Of a stretch of 64,000 nucleotides of DNA, positions 28,442 through 42,696 are shown one piece after another. Position 1 is the stretch's first letter, and every line of letters begins with the position of its first letter. This DNA comes from the human T2T-CHM13v2.0 reference genome, Homo sapiens: NCBI RefSeq assembly GCF_009914755.1, contig NC_060948.1; one strand, written 5' to 3'. Both the position numbers and the translations under genes were made by a program. The notes under the pieces were generated by a model. The model was given only the letters and a program-made list of their open reading frames with translations, did not search any database and had not been told where the DNA came from.

Positions 28442-31400
28442 CAGATAGAGTAGAATGTAATGGAATGGAGTGCAGTGCAATGGAAGGGAATGGAATTGAA
28501 TGCAATGGAATGGAATGGAATGGAATGGAATGGAATGGAATGGAATGGAATGGAATGGGATGGAATGGTATGGAATGGATAGTAATGGACTGGAGTGAAA
28601 TGGACTGGAAAGGAATGGACTCAAATTGAAAGGGCTCGAAAGGAATGGAGTCAAATGGAATGGTCTGGAATGGAATGAACACGAATGTAATGCAATCCAA
28701 TAGAATGGAATCGAATGGCATGGAATATAAAGAAATGGAATCGAAGAGAATGGAAACAAATGGAATGGAATTGAATGGAATGGAATTGAATGGAATGGGA
28801 ACGAATGGAGTGAAATTGTATGCAGTAGAAGGGAATAGAATGGAATGCAAGCGAAAGGAAAGGAATGGATTGGAATGGAATGGAATTCATTGGAATGGAA
28901 GGGAATGTAGTGTAATGGACAGGCCTGGAATAAAGTGGAATGCTACGGTCTCGAATGGAATAAAAATGTATGGAATGGAATGCAATGAAACGGAATCGAA
29001 TGTCATAGAATGTAATGGAATGCAAAAAAATGGAATCCAAAATCATTGACTGGAAAGGCTGGGTGTCGAAAGGAATTGACTCCAATGGAATGGAATCGAA
29101 TGGAATGGAAGTGAATAGAATCGAACTAAATCGAATGGAATGGAATTGATAGGAACGGAATGGAAAGGAATGCAATGATTTGGCATGGAATGGAATCGAA
29201 TGGCATCGAATGGAATGGAATGGAATGCAATGGAATGGAATGTATTAGAATGTAATGAACTTTAATGGAATGTACTCGAATGGATTCGACTGGAATGGAA
29301 TGTTCTGGAAGTGAATGGACTCCAATGGAATGGATTCCAAAGGAATGGAATCGTACGGAATGGAATCTAATGGAATGGAATTAAATGGAAATGAATCAAA
29401 TTGAATAGCACGGAATTGAATTGAATGGAATGGAATGCAATGGAATCTAATGAAACGGAAAGGAAAGGAATGGAATGGAATGGAATGGACTGGAATGGAA
29501 AGGAATCGAAACGAATGGAATGGAATCGAACTGAAGAGACTGGAATGGAATGCACTGGAATGGAAGGGAGTGTAATGGAAGGTTCTCGAAAAAAATGGAA
29601 TCGAATGGAATGGAATTGAATGGAACGGAATAGAGTCGAATGGAATTGAATGGAATGGAATGGACTAGAGTGAAATGGAATCGAACCACAAGGAATGGAC
29701 ATGAATAGAATGGTCTCGAATTGAATGGAATCGTATGGAATGGCATCAAACGGAATGGAATGGACAGCCACGGAATGGAATGCACTCGAATGCAATGGAG
29801 TCGAAACTAATGGACTGGAATAGAATGGACTCGACTGGTACGGACTCCAATGGAATGGAATCGAATGGAAGGGAATCGAACGGAATGGACTCGAAGGGAA
29901 ATGACTGCAATGGAAAGGTCTCGAATGGAATGGAAATTAATGGAATGGAATGGAATCGAATGAAATGGAGTCAAAAGGAATGGAATCGAATGGCAAGAAA
30001 TCGAATGTAATGGAATCACAAGGAATTGATGTGAACGGAACGGAATGGAATGGAATCCAAAGGAATGGAATAGAATGGAATGGAATCGAATGGAAAGGAC
30101 TCGAATGGAAATCACTCGAATAGAATGCAATTTAATAAAATAGGATCAAATGTAATGGAATGGAATGGAAAGGAATCGAAACGAAAGGAATGGAGACAGA
30201 TGGAATGGAATGGAACAGAGAGCAATGGTATAGAATGGAATGGAATCATCTGGAATGGAATTGAATGGAATGGAATAATATGAAATGGAATGGAATGGAA
30301 TGGAATGGAATGCCCTTGAATTAAATGGACTGGAATGGAATGGACTCGAACAGAGTGGAATGGAAAGTGTTGAGATAGAATGGAATGGACTCCTTTGGAA
30401 TGGTCTAGTATGCAATGCAATCGACTGGCAGGGAATCAAAAGGAATGTAATGGAATGGATTGGACTGGAATGCAATGGACTCGAATAGATTGCAAACGGA
30501 ATGCAAAGGAATGGAATGGAATATTATGGAATGGAATGGAAAGGAATGGAGTGGAATAGACTAGAGTGGAATGGAATGGACTGGAAAGAAATGGACTGGA
30601 ATGGAACTTTCTTGAATGGACCTGAATCAAACGGAATGGAATGCAATGCAATCAAATGGCATGGAATAAAATAGAATGAAAGAGAATCAAATGGAATTGA
30701 ATCGAATGGAATCGAATGGATTGGAAAGGAATAGAATGGAATGGAATGGAATTGACTCAAATGGAATGGACTAGAATGGAATGGATTCGAATGGAAGGCA
30801 AAGGAATGGAATCTATTGGAATGGACTGTAATGGAATGGAATGGAAGGGATTGGAATGGACTCGAATGGAATGGACTGCAATAGAAAGGATTCGAATGGA
30901 ATGAAAAAGAATTGAATGGAATAAAACAGAATGGAATGAAATCGAATGAAATGGAATGGAATAGAAAGGAATGGAATGAAATGGAATGGAAAGGATTCGA
31001 ATGGAATGCAATCGAATGGAATGGAATCGAACGGAATGGAATAAAATGGAAGAAAACTGGCAAGAAATGGAATCGAAATGAATGGAGTGTTATGGAACGG
31101 ACTCAAAAGGAATTGAATGTAATAGAATGGAGTGGAGTGGACTCGAATATAATGGACTGGAATGGAATGAAATCACATGGAATGGGAACGAATGGAAAGG
31201 AATGGAATCGAATGGAAAGGAATCGAATGGAAGGGAATGAAATTGAATCAACAGGAATGGAAGGGAATAGAATAGACGGTAATGGAATGGACTCGAATAG
31301 AATGGACACGAATGCTCAAATTGAATGGACTCGAATGGAATGGAAACGAAAGGAATGTCATCGAATGGAATTGAATGGATTGGAATGAAATCGCATAGAA

Positions 31401-32005
31401 TGGAGTGGAATCAAATGGAATTGAATCGAAAGGAAAGGAAGCGAATGGACTGAAATGAAATGGAATGGAATTGAATGGAAAGTAATGCAATGGAATAGAA
31501 TGGAACGAAATTTCACGGAATGGAATCAAACTGAATGGAATCAAATCAATGGAATCAAATCAAATGGAATGGAAAGGAATTGAATGGAGTAGATTGGATT
31601 GGATGGGATTGGAATGAAATGTACTGGAAAGGACTCGAATTTCATGAAACGGAATGGAATGAATTGGAACGGAATGGACTCGAATGGAATGGAATGTCAT
31701 GGAATGGCATCAAATGGAATGGCATCAAATGGAATGGAATCGAATGCAATGGAATGCTATGGAATGGAATGGAATGCATTGGAATGGAATGTCCCCTAAT
31801 GGAATGGATTCGAGTGGAATGGAATCGAATATAATGGAGTCGAATGAAATGGAATTGAAAGGAATGGGATCGAATAGAATGGAATATACTGGAATGTAAT
31901 GTAATGAACTCGAATGTAATTGACTGGAATGGAATGTACATGAATGGAATGTAATCGAATGGAAAGTAATCCAATGGAATAGAATCTAATGCAATAAAAC
32001 CGACT
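28442..32005 (+). repeat. DYZ1 unit 9 (3564 bp)
   Basis: Landmarks at 28442 and 32006; 10-bp deletion near 31190. Confidence 0.92.
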
Positions 32006-35000
32006 CAGATAGAGTAGAATGTAATGGAATGGAGTGCAGTGCAATGGAAGGGAATGGAATTGAATGCAATGGAATGGAATGGAATGGAATGGAATGGAAT
32101 GGAATGGAATGGAATGGAATGGAATGGGATGGAATGGTATGGAATGGATAGTAATGGACTGGAGTGAAATGGACTGGAAAGGAATGGACTCAAATTGAAA
32201 GGGCTCGAAAGGAATGGAGTCAAATGGAATGGTCTGGAATGGAATGAACACGAATGTAATGCAATCCAATAGAATGGAATCGAATGGCATGGAATATAAA
32301 GAAATGGAATCGAAGAGAATGGAAACAAATGGAATGGAATTGAATGGAATGGAATTGAATGGAATGGGAACGAATGGAGTGAAATTGTATGCAGTAGAAG
32401 GGAATAGAATGGAATGCAAGCGAAAGGAAAGGAATGGATTGGAATGGAATGGAATTCATTGGAATGGAAGGGAATGTAGTGTAATGGACAGGCCTGGAAT
32501 AAAGTGGAATGCTACGGTCTCGAATGGAATAAAAATGTATGGAATGGAATGCAATGAAACGGAATCGAATGTCATAGAATGTAATGGAATGCAAAAAAAT
32601 GGAATCCAAAATCATTGACTGGAAAGGCTGGGTGTCGAAAGGAATTGACTCCAATGGAATGGAATCGAATGGAATGGAAGTGAATAGAATCGAACTAAAT
32701 CGAATGGAATGGAATTGATAGGAACGGAATGGAAAGGAATGCAATGATTTGGCATGGAATGGAATCGAATGGCATCGAATGGAATGGAATGGAATGCAAT
32801 GGAATGGAATGTATTAGAATGTAATGAACTTTAATGGAATGTACTCGAATGGATTCGACTGGAATGGAATGTTCTGGAAGTGAATGGACTCCAATGGAAT
32901 GGATTCCAAAGGAATGGAATCGTACGGAATGGAATCTAATGGAATGGAATTAAATGGAAATGAATCAAATTGAATAGCACGGAATTGAATTGAATGGAAT
33001 GGAATGCAATGGAATCTAATGAAACGGAAAGGAAAGGAATGGAATGGAATGGAATGGACTGGAATGGAAAGGAATCGAAACGAATGGAATGGAATCGAAC
33101 TGAAGAGACTGGAATGGAATGCACTGGAATGGAAGGGAGTGTAATGGAAGGTTCTCGAAAAAAATGGAATCGAATGGAATGGAATTGAATGGAACGGAAT
33201 AGAGTCGAATGGAATTGAATGGAATGGAATGGACTAGAGTGAAATGGAATCGAACCACAAGGAATGGACATGAATAGAATGGTCTCGAATTGAATGGAAT
33301 CGTATGGAATGGCATCAAACGGAATGGAATGGACAGCCACGGAATGGAATGCACTCGAATGCAATGGAGTCGAAACTAATGGACTGGAATAGAATGGACT
33401 CGACTGGTACGGACTCCAATGGAATGGAATCGAATGGAAGGGAATCGAACGGAATGGACTCGAAGGGAAATGACTGCAATGGAAAGGTCTCGAATGGAAT
33501 GGAAATTAATGGAATGGAATGGAATCGAATGAAATGGAGTCAAAAGGAATGGAATCGAATGGCAAGAAATCGAATGTAATGGAATCACAAGGAATTGATG
33601 TGAACGGAACGGAATGGAATGGAATCCAAAGGAATGGAATAGAATGGAATGGAATCGAATGGAAAGGACTCGAATGGAAATCACTCGAATAGAATGCAAT
33701 TTAATAAAATAGGATCAAATGTAATGGAATGGAATGGAAAGGAATCGAAACGAAAGGAATGGAGACAGATGGAATGGAATGGAACAGAGAGCAATGGTAT
33801 AGAATGGAATGGAATCATCTGGAATGGAATTGAATGGAATGGAATAATATGAAATGGAATGGAATGGAATGGAATGGAATGCCCTTGAATTAAATGGACT
33901 GGAATGGAATGGACTCGAACAGAGTGGAATGGAAAGTGTTGAGATAGAATGGAATGGACTCCTTTGGAATGGTCTAGTATGCAATGCAATCGACTGGCAG
34001 GGAATCAAAAGGAATGTAATGGAATGGATTGGACTGGAATGCAATGGACTCGAATAGATTGCAAACGGAATGCAAAGGAATGGAATGGAATATTATGGAA
34101 TGGAATGGAAAGGAATGGAGTGGAATAGACTAGAGTGGAATGGAATGGACTGGAAAGAAATGGACTGGAATGGAACTTTCTTGAATGGACCTGAATCAAA
34201 CGGAATGGAATGCAATGCAATCAAATGGCATGGAATAAAATAGAATGAAAGAGAATCAAATGGAATTGAATCGAATGGAATCGAATGGATTGGAAAGGAA
34301 TAGAATGGAATGGAATGGAATTGACTCAAATGGAATGGACTAGAATGGAATGGATTCGAATGGAAGGCAAAGGAATGGAATCTATTGGAATGGACTGTAA
34401 TGGAATGGAATGGAAGGGATTGGAATGGACTCGAATGGAATGGACTGCAATAGAAAGGATTCGAATGGAATGAAAAAGAATTGAATGGAATAAAACAGAA
34501 TGGAATGAAATCGAATGAAATGGAATGGAATAGAAAGGAATGGAATGAAATGGAATGGAAAGGATTCGAATGGAATGCAATCGAATGGAATGGAATCGAA
34601 CGGAATGGAATAAAATGGAAGAAAACTGGCAAGAAATGGAATCGAAATGAATGGAGTGTTATGGAACGGACTCAAAAGGAATTGAATGTAATAGAATGGA
34701 GTGGAGTGGACTCGAATATAATGGACTGGAATGGAATGAAATCACATGGAATGGGAACGAATGGAAAGGAATGGAATCGAATGGAAAGGAATCGAATGGA
34801 AGGGAATGAAATTGAATCAACAGGAATGGAAGGGAATAGAATAGACGGTAATGGAATGGACTCGAATAGAATGGACACGAATGCTCAAATTGAATGGACT
34901 CGAATGGAATGGAAACGAAAGGAATGTCATCGAATGGAATTGAATCGATTGGAATGAAATCGCATAGAATGGAGTGGAATCAAATGGAATTGAATCGAAA

Positions 35001-35574
35001 GGAAAGGAAGCGAATGGACTGAAATGAAATGGAATGGAATTGAATGGAAAGTAATGCAATGGAATAGAATGGAACGAAATTTCACGGAATGGAATCAAAC
35101 TGAATGGAATCAAATCAATGGCATCAAATCAAATGGAATGGAAAGGAATTGAATGGAGTAGATTGGATTGGATGGGATTGGAATGAAATGTACTGGAAAG
35201 GACTCGAATTTCATGAAACGGAATGGAATGAATTGGAACGGAATGGACTCGAATGGAATGGAATGTCATGGAATGGCATCAAATGGAATGGCATCAAATG
35301 GAATGGAATCGAATGCAATGGAATGCTATGGAATGGAATGGAATGCATTGGAATGGAATGTCCCCTAATGGAATGGATTCGAGTGGAATGGAATCGAATA
35401 TAATGGAGTCGAATGAAATGGAATTGAAAGGAATGGGATCGAATAGAATGGAATATACTGGAATGTAATGTAATGAACTCGAATGTAATTGACTGGAATG
35501 GAATGTACATGAATGGAATGTAATCGAATGGAAAGTAATCCAATGGAATAGAATCTAATGCAATAAAACCGACT
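32006..35574 (+). repeat. DYZ1 unit 10 (3569 bp), near-copy of unit 9
   Basis: Same 10-bp deletion near 34760 and shared substitutions. Confidence 0.92.
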
Positions 35575-38500
35575 CAGATAGAGTAGAATGTAATGGAATG
35601 GAGTGCAGTGCAATGGAAGGGATTGGAATTGAATGCAATGGAATGGAATGGAATGGAATGGAATGGAATGGAATGGAATGGAATGGAATGGGATGGAATG
35701 GTATGGAATGGATAGTAATGGACTGGAGTGAAATGGACTGGAAAGGAATGGACTCAAATTGAAAGGGCTCGAAAGGAATGGAGTCAAATGGAATGGTCTG
35801 GAATGGAATGAACACGAATGTAATGCAATCCAATAGAATGGAATCGAATGGCATGGAATATAAAGAAATGGAATCGAAGAGAATGGAAACAAATGGAATG
35901 GAATTGAGTGGAATGGAATTGAATGGAATGGGAACGAATGGAATGAAATTGTATGCAGTAGAAGGGAATAGAATGGAATGCAAGCGAAAGGAAAGGAATG
36001 GATTGGAATGGAATGGAATTCATTGGAATGGAAGGGAATGTAGTGTAATGGACAGGCCTGGAATAAAGTGGAATGCTACGGTCTCGAATGGAATAAAAAT
36101 GTATGGAATGGAATGCAATGAAACGGAATCGAATGTCATAGAATGTAATGGAATGCAAAAAAATGGAATCCAAAATCATTGACTGGAAAGGCTGGGTGTC
36201 GAAAGGAATTGACTCCAATGGAATGGAATCGAATGGAATGGAAGTGAATAGAATCGAAGTAAATCGAATGGAATGGAATTGATAGGAACGGAATGGAAAG
36301 GAATGCAATGATTTGGCATGGAATGGAATCGAATGGCATCGAATGGAATGGAATGGAATGCAATGGAATGGAATGTATTAGAATGTAATGAACTTTAATG
36401 GAATGTACTCGAATGGATTCGACTGGAATGGAATGTTGTGGAAGTGAATGGACTCCAATGGAATGGATTCCAAAGGAATGGAATCGTACGGAATGGAATC
36501 TAATGGAATGGAATTAAATGGAAATGAATCAAATTGAATAGCACGGAATTGAATTGAATGGAATGGAATGCAATGGAATCTAATGAAACGGAAAGGAAAG
36601 GAATGGAATGGAATGGAATGGGCTGGAATGGAAAGGAATCGAAACGAATGGAATGGAATCGAACTGAAGAGACTGGAATGGAATGCACTGGAATGGAAGG
36701 GAGTGTAATGGAAGGTTCTCGAAAAAAATGGAATCGAATGGAATGGAATTGAATGGAACGGAATAGAGTCGAATGGAATTGAATGGAATGGAATGGACTA
36801 GAGTGAAATGGAATCGAACCACAAGGAATGGACATGAATAGAATGGTCTCGAATTGAATGGAATCGTATGGAATGGCATCAAACGGAATGGAATGGACAG
36901 CCACGGAATGGAATGCACTCGAATGCAATGGAGTCGAAACTAATGGACTGGAATAGAATGGACTCGACTGGTACGGACTCCAATGGAATGGAATCGAATG
37001 GAAGGGAATCGAACGGAATGGACTCGAAGGGAAAAGACTGCAATGGAAAGGTCTCGAATGGAATGGAAATTAATGGAATGGAATGGAATCGAATGAAATG
37101 GAGTCAAAAGGAATGGAATCGAATGGCAAGAAATCGAATGTAATGGAATCGCAAGGAATTGATGTGAACGGAACGGAATGGAATGGAATCCAAAGGAATG
37201 GAATAGAATGGAATGGAATCGAATGGAAAGGACTCGAATGGAAATCACTCGAATAGAATGCAATTTAATAAAATAGGATCAAATGTAATGGAATGGAATG
37301 GAAAGGAATCGAAACGAAAGGAATGGAGACAGATGGAATGGAATGGAACAGAGAGCAATGGTATAGAATGGAATGGAATCATCTGGAATGGAATTGAATG
37401 GAATGGAATAATATGAAATGGAATGGAATGGAATGGAATGGAATGCCCTTGAATTAAATGGACTGGAATGGAATGGACTCGAACAGAGTGGAATGGAAAG
37501 TGTTGAGATAGAATGGAATGGACTCCTTTGGAATGGTGTAGTATGCAATGCAATCGACTGGCAGGGAATCAAAAGGAATGTAATCGAATGGATTGGACTG
37601 GAATGCAATGGACTCGAATAGATTGGAAACGGAATGCAAAGGAATGGAATGGAATAGTATGGAATGGAATGGAAAGGAATGGAGTGGAATAGACTAGAGT
37701 GGAATGGAATGGACTGGAAAGCAATGGACTGGAATGGAACTTTCTTGAATGGACTGGAATCAAACGGAATGGAATGCAATGCAATCAAATGGCATGGAAT
37801 AAAGTAGAATGAAAGAGAATCAAATGGAATTGAATCGAATGGAATCGAATGGATTGGAAAGGAATAGAATGGAATGGAATGGAATTGACTCAAATGGAAT
37901 GGACTAGAATGGAATGGATTCGAATGGAAGGCAAAGGAATGGAATCTATTGGAATGGACTGTAATGGAATGGAATGGAAGGGATTGGAATGGACTCGAAT
38001 GGAATGGACTGCAATAGAAAGGATTCGAATGGAATGAAAAAGAATTGAATGGAATAGAACAGAATGGAATCAAATCGAATGAAATGGAATGGAATAGAAA
38101 GGAATGGAATGAAATGGAATAGAAAGGATTCGAATGGAATGCAATCGAATGGAATGGAATCGAAAGGAATGGAATAAAATGGAAGAAAACTGGCAAGAAA
38201 TGGAATCGAAATGAATGGAGTGTTATGGAACGGACTCAAAAGGAATTGAATGGAATAGAATGGAATGGAGTGGACTCGAATATAATGGACTGGAATGGAA
38301 TGAAATCACATGGAATGGGAACGAATGGAATGGAATGGAAAGGAATGGAATCGAATGGAAAGGAATCGAATGGAAGGGAATGAAATTGAATCAACAGGAA
38401 TGGAAGGGAATAGAATAGACGGTAATGGAATGGACTCGAATAGAATGGACAGGAATGCTCAAATTGAATGGACTCGAATGGAATGGAAACGAAAGGAATG

Positions 38501-39148
38501 TCATCGAATGGAATTGAATCGATTGTAATGAAATCGCATAGAATGGAGTGGAATCAAATGGAATTGAATCGAAAGGAAAGGAAGCAAATGGACTGAAATG
38601 AAATGGAATGGAATTGAATGGAAAGTTATGTAATGGAATAGAATGGAACGAAATTTCACGGAATGGAATCAAACTGAATGGAATCAAATCAATGGAATCA
38701 AATCAAATGGAATGGAAAGGAATTGAATGGAGTAGATTGGATTGGATGGGATTGGAATGAAATGTACTGGAAAGGACTCGAATTTCATGAAACAGAATGG
38801 AATGAATTGGAACGGAATGGACTCGAATGGAATGGAATGTCATGGAATGGCATCAAATGGAATGGCATCAAATGGAATGGAATCGAATGCAATGGAAGGC
38901 TATGGAATGGAATGGAATGCATTGGAATGGAATGTCCTCTAATGGAATGGATTCGAGTGGAATGGAATCGAATATAATGGAGTCGAATGAAATGGAATTG
39001 AAAGGAATGGGATCGAATAGAATGGAATATACTGGAATGTAATGTAATGAACTCGAATGTAATTGACTGGAATGGAATGTACATGAATGGAATGTAATCG
39101 AATGGAAAGTAATCCAATGGAATAGAATCTAATGCAATAAAACCGACT
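35575..39148 (+). repeat. DYZ1 unit 11 (3574 bp)
   Basis: Landmarks at 35575 and 39149. Confidence 0.92.
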
Positions 39149-42100
39149 CAGATAGAGTAGAATGTAATGGAATGGAGTGCAGTGCAATGGAATGGAATGG
39201 AATGGAATGCAATGGAATGGAATGGAATGGAATGGAATGGAATGGAATGGAATGGTGTGGAATGGATAGTAATGGACTGGAGTGAAATGGACTGGAAAGG
39301 AATGGACTCAAATTGAAAGGGCTCGAAAGGAATGGAGTCAAATGGAATGGTCTGGAATGGAATGAACACGAATGTAATGCAATCCAGTAGAATGGAATCG
39401 AATGGCATGGAATATAAAGAAATGGAATCGAAGAGAATGGAAACAAATGGAATGGAATTGAATGGAATGGAATTGAATGGAATGGGAACGAATGGAGTGA
39501 AATTGTATGCTGTAGAAGAGAATAGAATGGAATGCAAGCGAAAGGAAAGGAATGGATTAGAATGGAATGGAATTCATTGGAATGGAAGGGAATGTAGTGT
39601 AATGGACAGGCCTGGAATAAAGTGGAATGCTACGGTCTCGAATGGAATAAAAATATATGGAATGGAATGCAATGAAACGGAATCGAATGTCATAGAATGT
39701 AATGGAATGAAAGAAATGGAATCCAAAAACATTGACTGGAAAGGCTGGGTGTCGAAAGGAATTGACTCCAATGGAATGGAATCGAATGGAATGGAAGTGA
39801 ATAGAATCGAACTAAATCGAATGGAATGGAATTGATAGGAACGGAATGGAAATGAATGCAATGATTTGGCATGGAATGGAATCGAATGGCATCGAATGGA
39901 ATGGAATGGAATGCAATGGAATGGAAAGTATTAGAAAGTAATGAACTTTAATGGAATGTACTCGAATGGATTCGACTGGAATGGAATGTTCTGGAAGTGA
40001 ATGGACTCCAATGGAATGGATTCAAAAGGAATGGAATCGTACGGAATGGAATCTAATGGAATGGAATTAAATGGAAATGAATCAAATTGAATAGCACGGA
40101 ATTGAATTGAATGGAATGGAATGCAATGGAATCTAATGAAACGGAAAGGAAAGGAATGGAATGGAATGGAAAGGGCTGGAATGGAAAGGAATCGAAACGA
40201 ATGGAATGGAATCGAACTGAAGAGACTGGAATGGAATGCACTGGAATGGAAGGGAGTGTAATGGAAGGTTCTCGAAAAAAATGGAATCGAATGGAATGGA
40301 ATTGAATGGAACGGAATAGAGTCGAATGGAATTGAATGGAATGGAATGGACTAGAGTGAAATGGAATCGAACCACAAGGAATGGAGAGGAATAGAATGGT
40401 CTCGAATTGAATGGAATCGTATGGAATGGCATCAAACGGAATGGAATGGACAGCCACGGAATGGAATGCACTCGAATGCAATGGAGTCGAAACTAATGGA
40501 CTGGAATAGAATGGACTCGACTGGTACGGACTCCAATGGAATGGAATCGAATGGAAGGGAATCGAACGGAATGGACTCGAAGGGAAAAGACTGCAATGGA
40601 AAGGTCTCGAATGGAATGGAAATTAATGGAATGGAATGGAATCGAATGAAATGGAGTCAAAAGGAATGGAATCGAATGGCAAGAAATCGAATGTAATGGA
40701 ATCGCAAGGAATTGATGTGAATGGAGCGGAATGGAATGGAATCCAAAGGAATGGAATCGAATGGAAAGGACTCGAATGGAAATCACTCGAATAGAATGCA
40801 ATTTAATAAAATAGGATCAAATGTAATGGAATGGAATGGAAAGGAATCGAAACGAAAGGAATGGAGACAGATGGAATGGAATGGAACAGAGAGCAATGGT
40901 ATAGAATGGAATGGAATCATCTGGAATGGAATTGAATGGAATGGAATAATATGAAATGGAATGGAATGGAATGGAATGGAATGCCCTTGAATTAAATGGA
41001 CTGGAATGGAATGGACTCGAACAGAGTGGAATGGAAAGTGTTGAGATAGAATGGAATGGACTCCTTTGGAATGGTGTAGTATGCAATGCAATCGACTAGC
41101 AGGGAATCAAAAGGAATGTAATGGAATGGATTGGACTGGAATGCAATGGACTCGAATAGATTGGAAACGGAATGCAAAGGAATGCAATGGAATAGGATGG
41201 AATGGAATGGAAAGGAATGGAGTGGAATAGACTAGAGTGGAATGGAATGGACTGGAAAGCAATGGACTGGAATGGAACTTTCTTGAATGGACTGGAATCA
41301 AACGGAATAGAATGCAATGCCATCAAATGGCATGGAATAAAATAGAATGAAAGAGAATCAAATGGAATTGAATCGAATGGAATCGAATGGATTGGAAAGG
41401 AATAGAATGGAATGGAATGGAATTGACTCAAATGGAATGGATTCGAATGGAATGGATTCGAATGGAAGGCAAAGGAATGGAATCTATTGGAATGGACTGT
41501 AATGGACTGTAATGGAATGGAATGGAAAGGATTGGAATGGACTCGAATGGAATGGACTGCAATAGAAAGGATTCGAATGGAATTAAAAAGAATTGAATGG
41601 TATAGAACAGAATGGAATCAAATCGAATGAAATGGAATGGAATAGAAAGGAATGGAATGAAATGGAATGGAAAGGATTCGAATGGAATGCAATCGAATGG
41701 AATGGAATCGAACGGAATGGAATAAAATGGAAGAAAACTGGCAAGAAATGGAATCGAAATGAATGGAGTGTTATGGAACGGACTCAAAAGGAATTGAATG
41801 TAATAGAATGGAGTGGAGTGGACTCGAATATAATGGACTGGAATGGAATGAAATCACATGGAATGGGAACGAATGGAATGGAATGGAAAGGAATGGAATC
41901 GAATGGAAAGGAATCGAATGGAAGGGAATGAAATTGAATCAACAGGAATGGAAGGGAATAGAATAGACGGTAATGGAATGGACTCGAATAGAATGGACAC
42001 GAATGCTCAAATTGAATGGACTCGAATGGAATGGAAATGAAAGGAATGTCATCGAATGGAATTGAATCGATTGGAATGAAATCGCATAGAATGGAGTGGA

Positions 42101-42696
42101 ATCAAATGGAATTGAATCGAAAGGAAAGGAAGCGAATGGACTGAAATGAAATGGAATGGAATTGAATGGAAAGTAATGCAATGGAATAGAATGGAACGAA
42201 ATTTCACGGAATGGAATCAAACTGAATGGAATCAAATCAATGGAATCAAATCAAATGGAATGGAAAGGAATTGAATGGAGTAGATTGGATTGGATGGGAT
42301 TGGAATGAAATGTACTGGAAAGGACTCGAATTTCATGAAACGGAATGGAATGAATTGGAACGGAATGGACTCGAATGGAATGGAATGTCATGGAATGGCA
42401 TCAAATGGAATGGCATCAAATGGAATGGAATCGAATGCAATGGAATGCTATGGAATGGAATGGAATGCATTGGAATGGAATGTCCTCTAATGGAATGGAT
42501 TCGAGTGGAATGGAATCGAATATAATGGAGTCGAATGAAATGGAATTGAAAAGAATGGGATCGAATACAATGGAATATACTGGAATGTAATGTAATGAAC
42601 TCGAATGTAATTGACTGGAATGGAATGTACATGAATGGAATGTAATCGAATGGAAAGTAATCCAATGGAATAGAATCTAATGCAATAAAACCGACT
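39149..42696 (+). repeat. DYZ1 unit 12 (3548 bp), visibly most diverged unit
   Basis: 1-bp deletion near 39710, 15-bp deletion near 40750, 10-bp duplication near 41500, many private substitutions. Confidence 0.9.
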
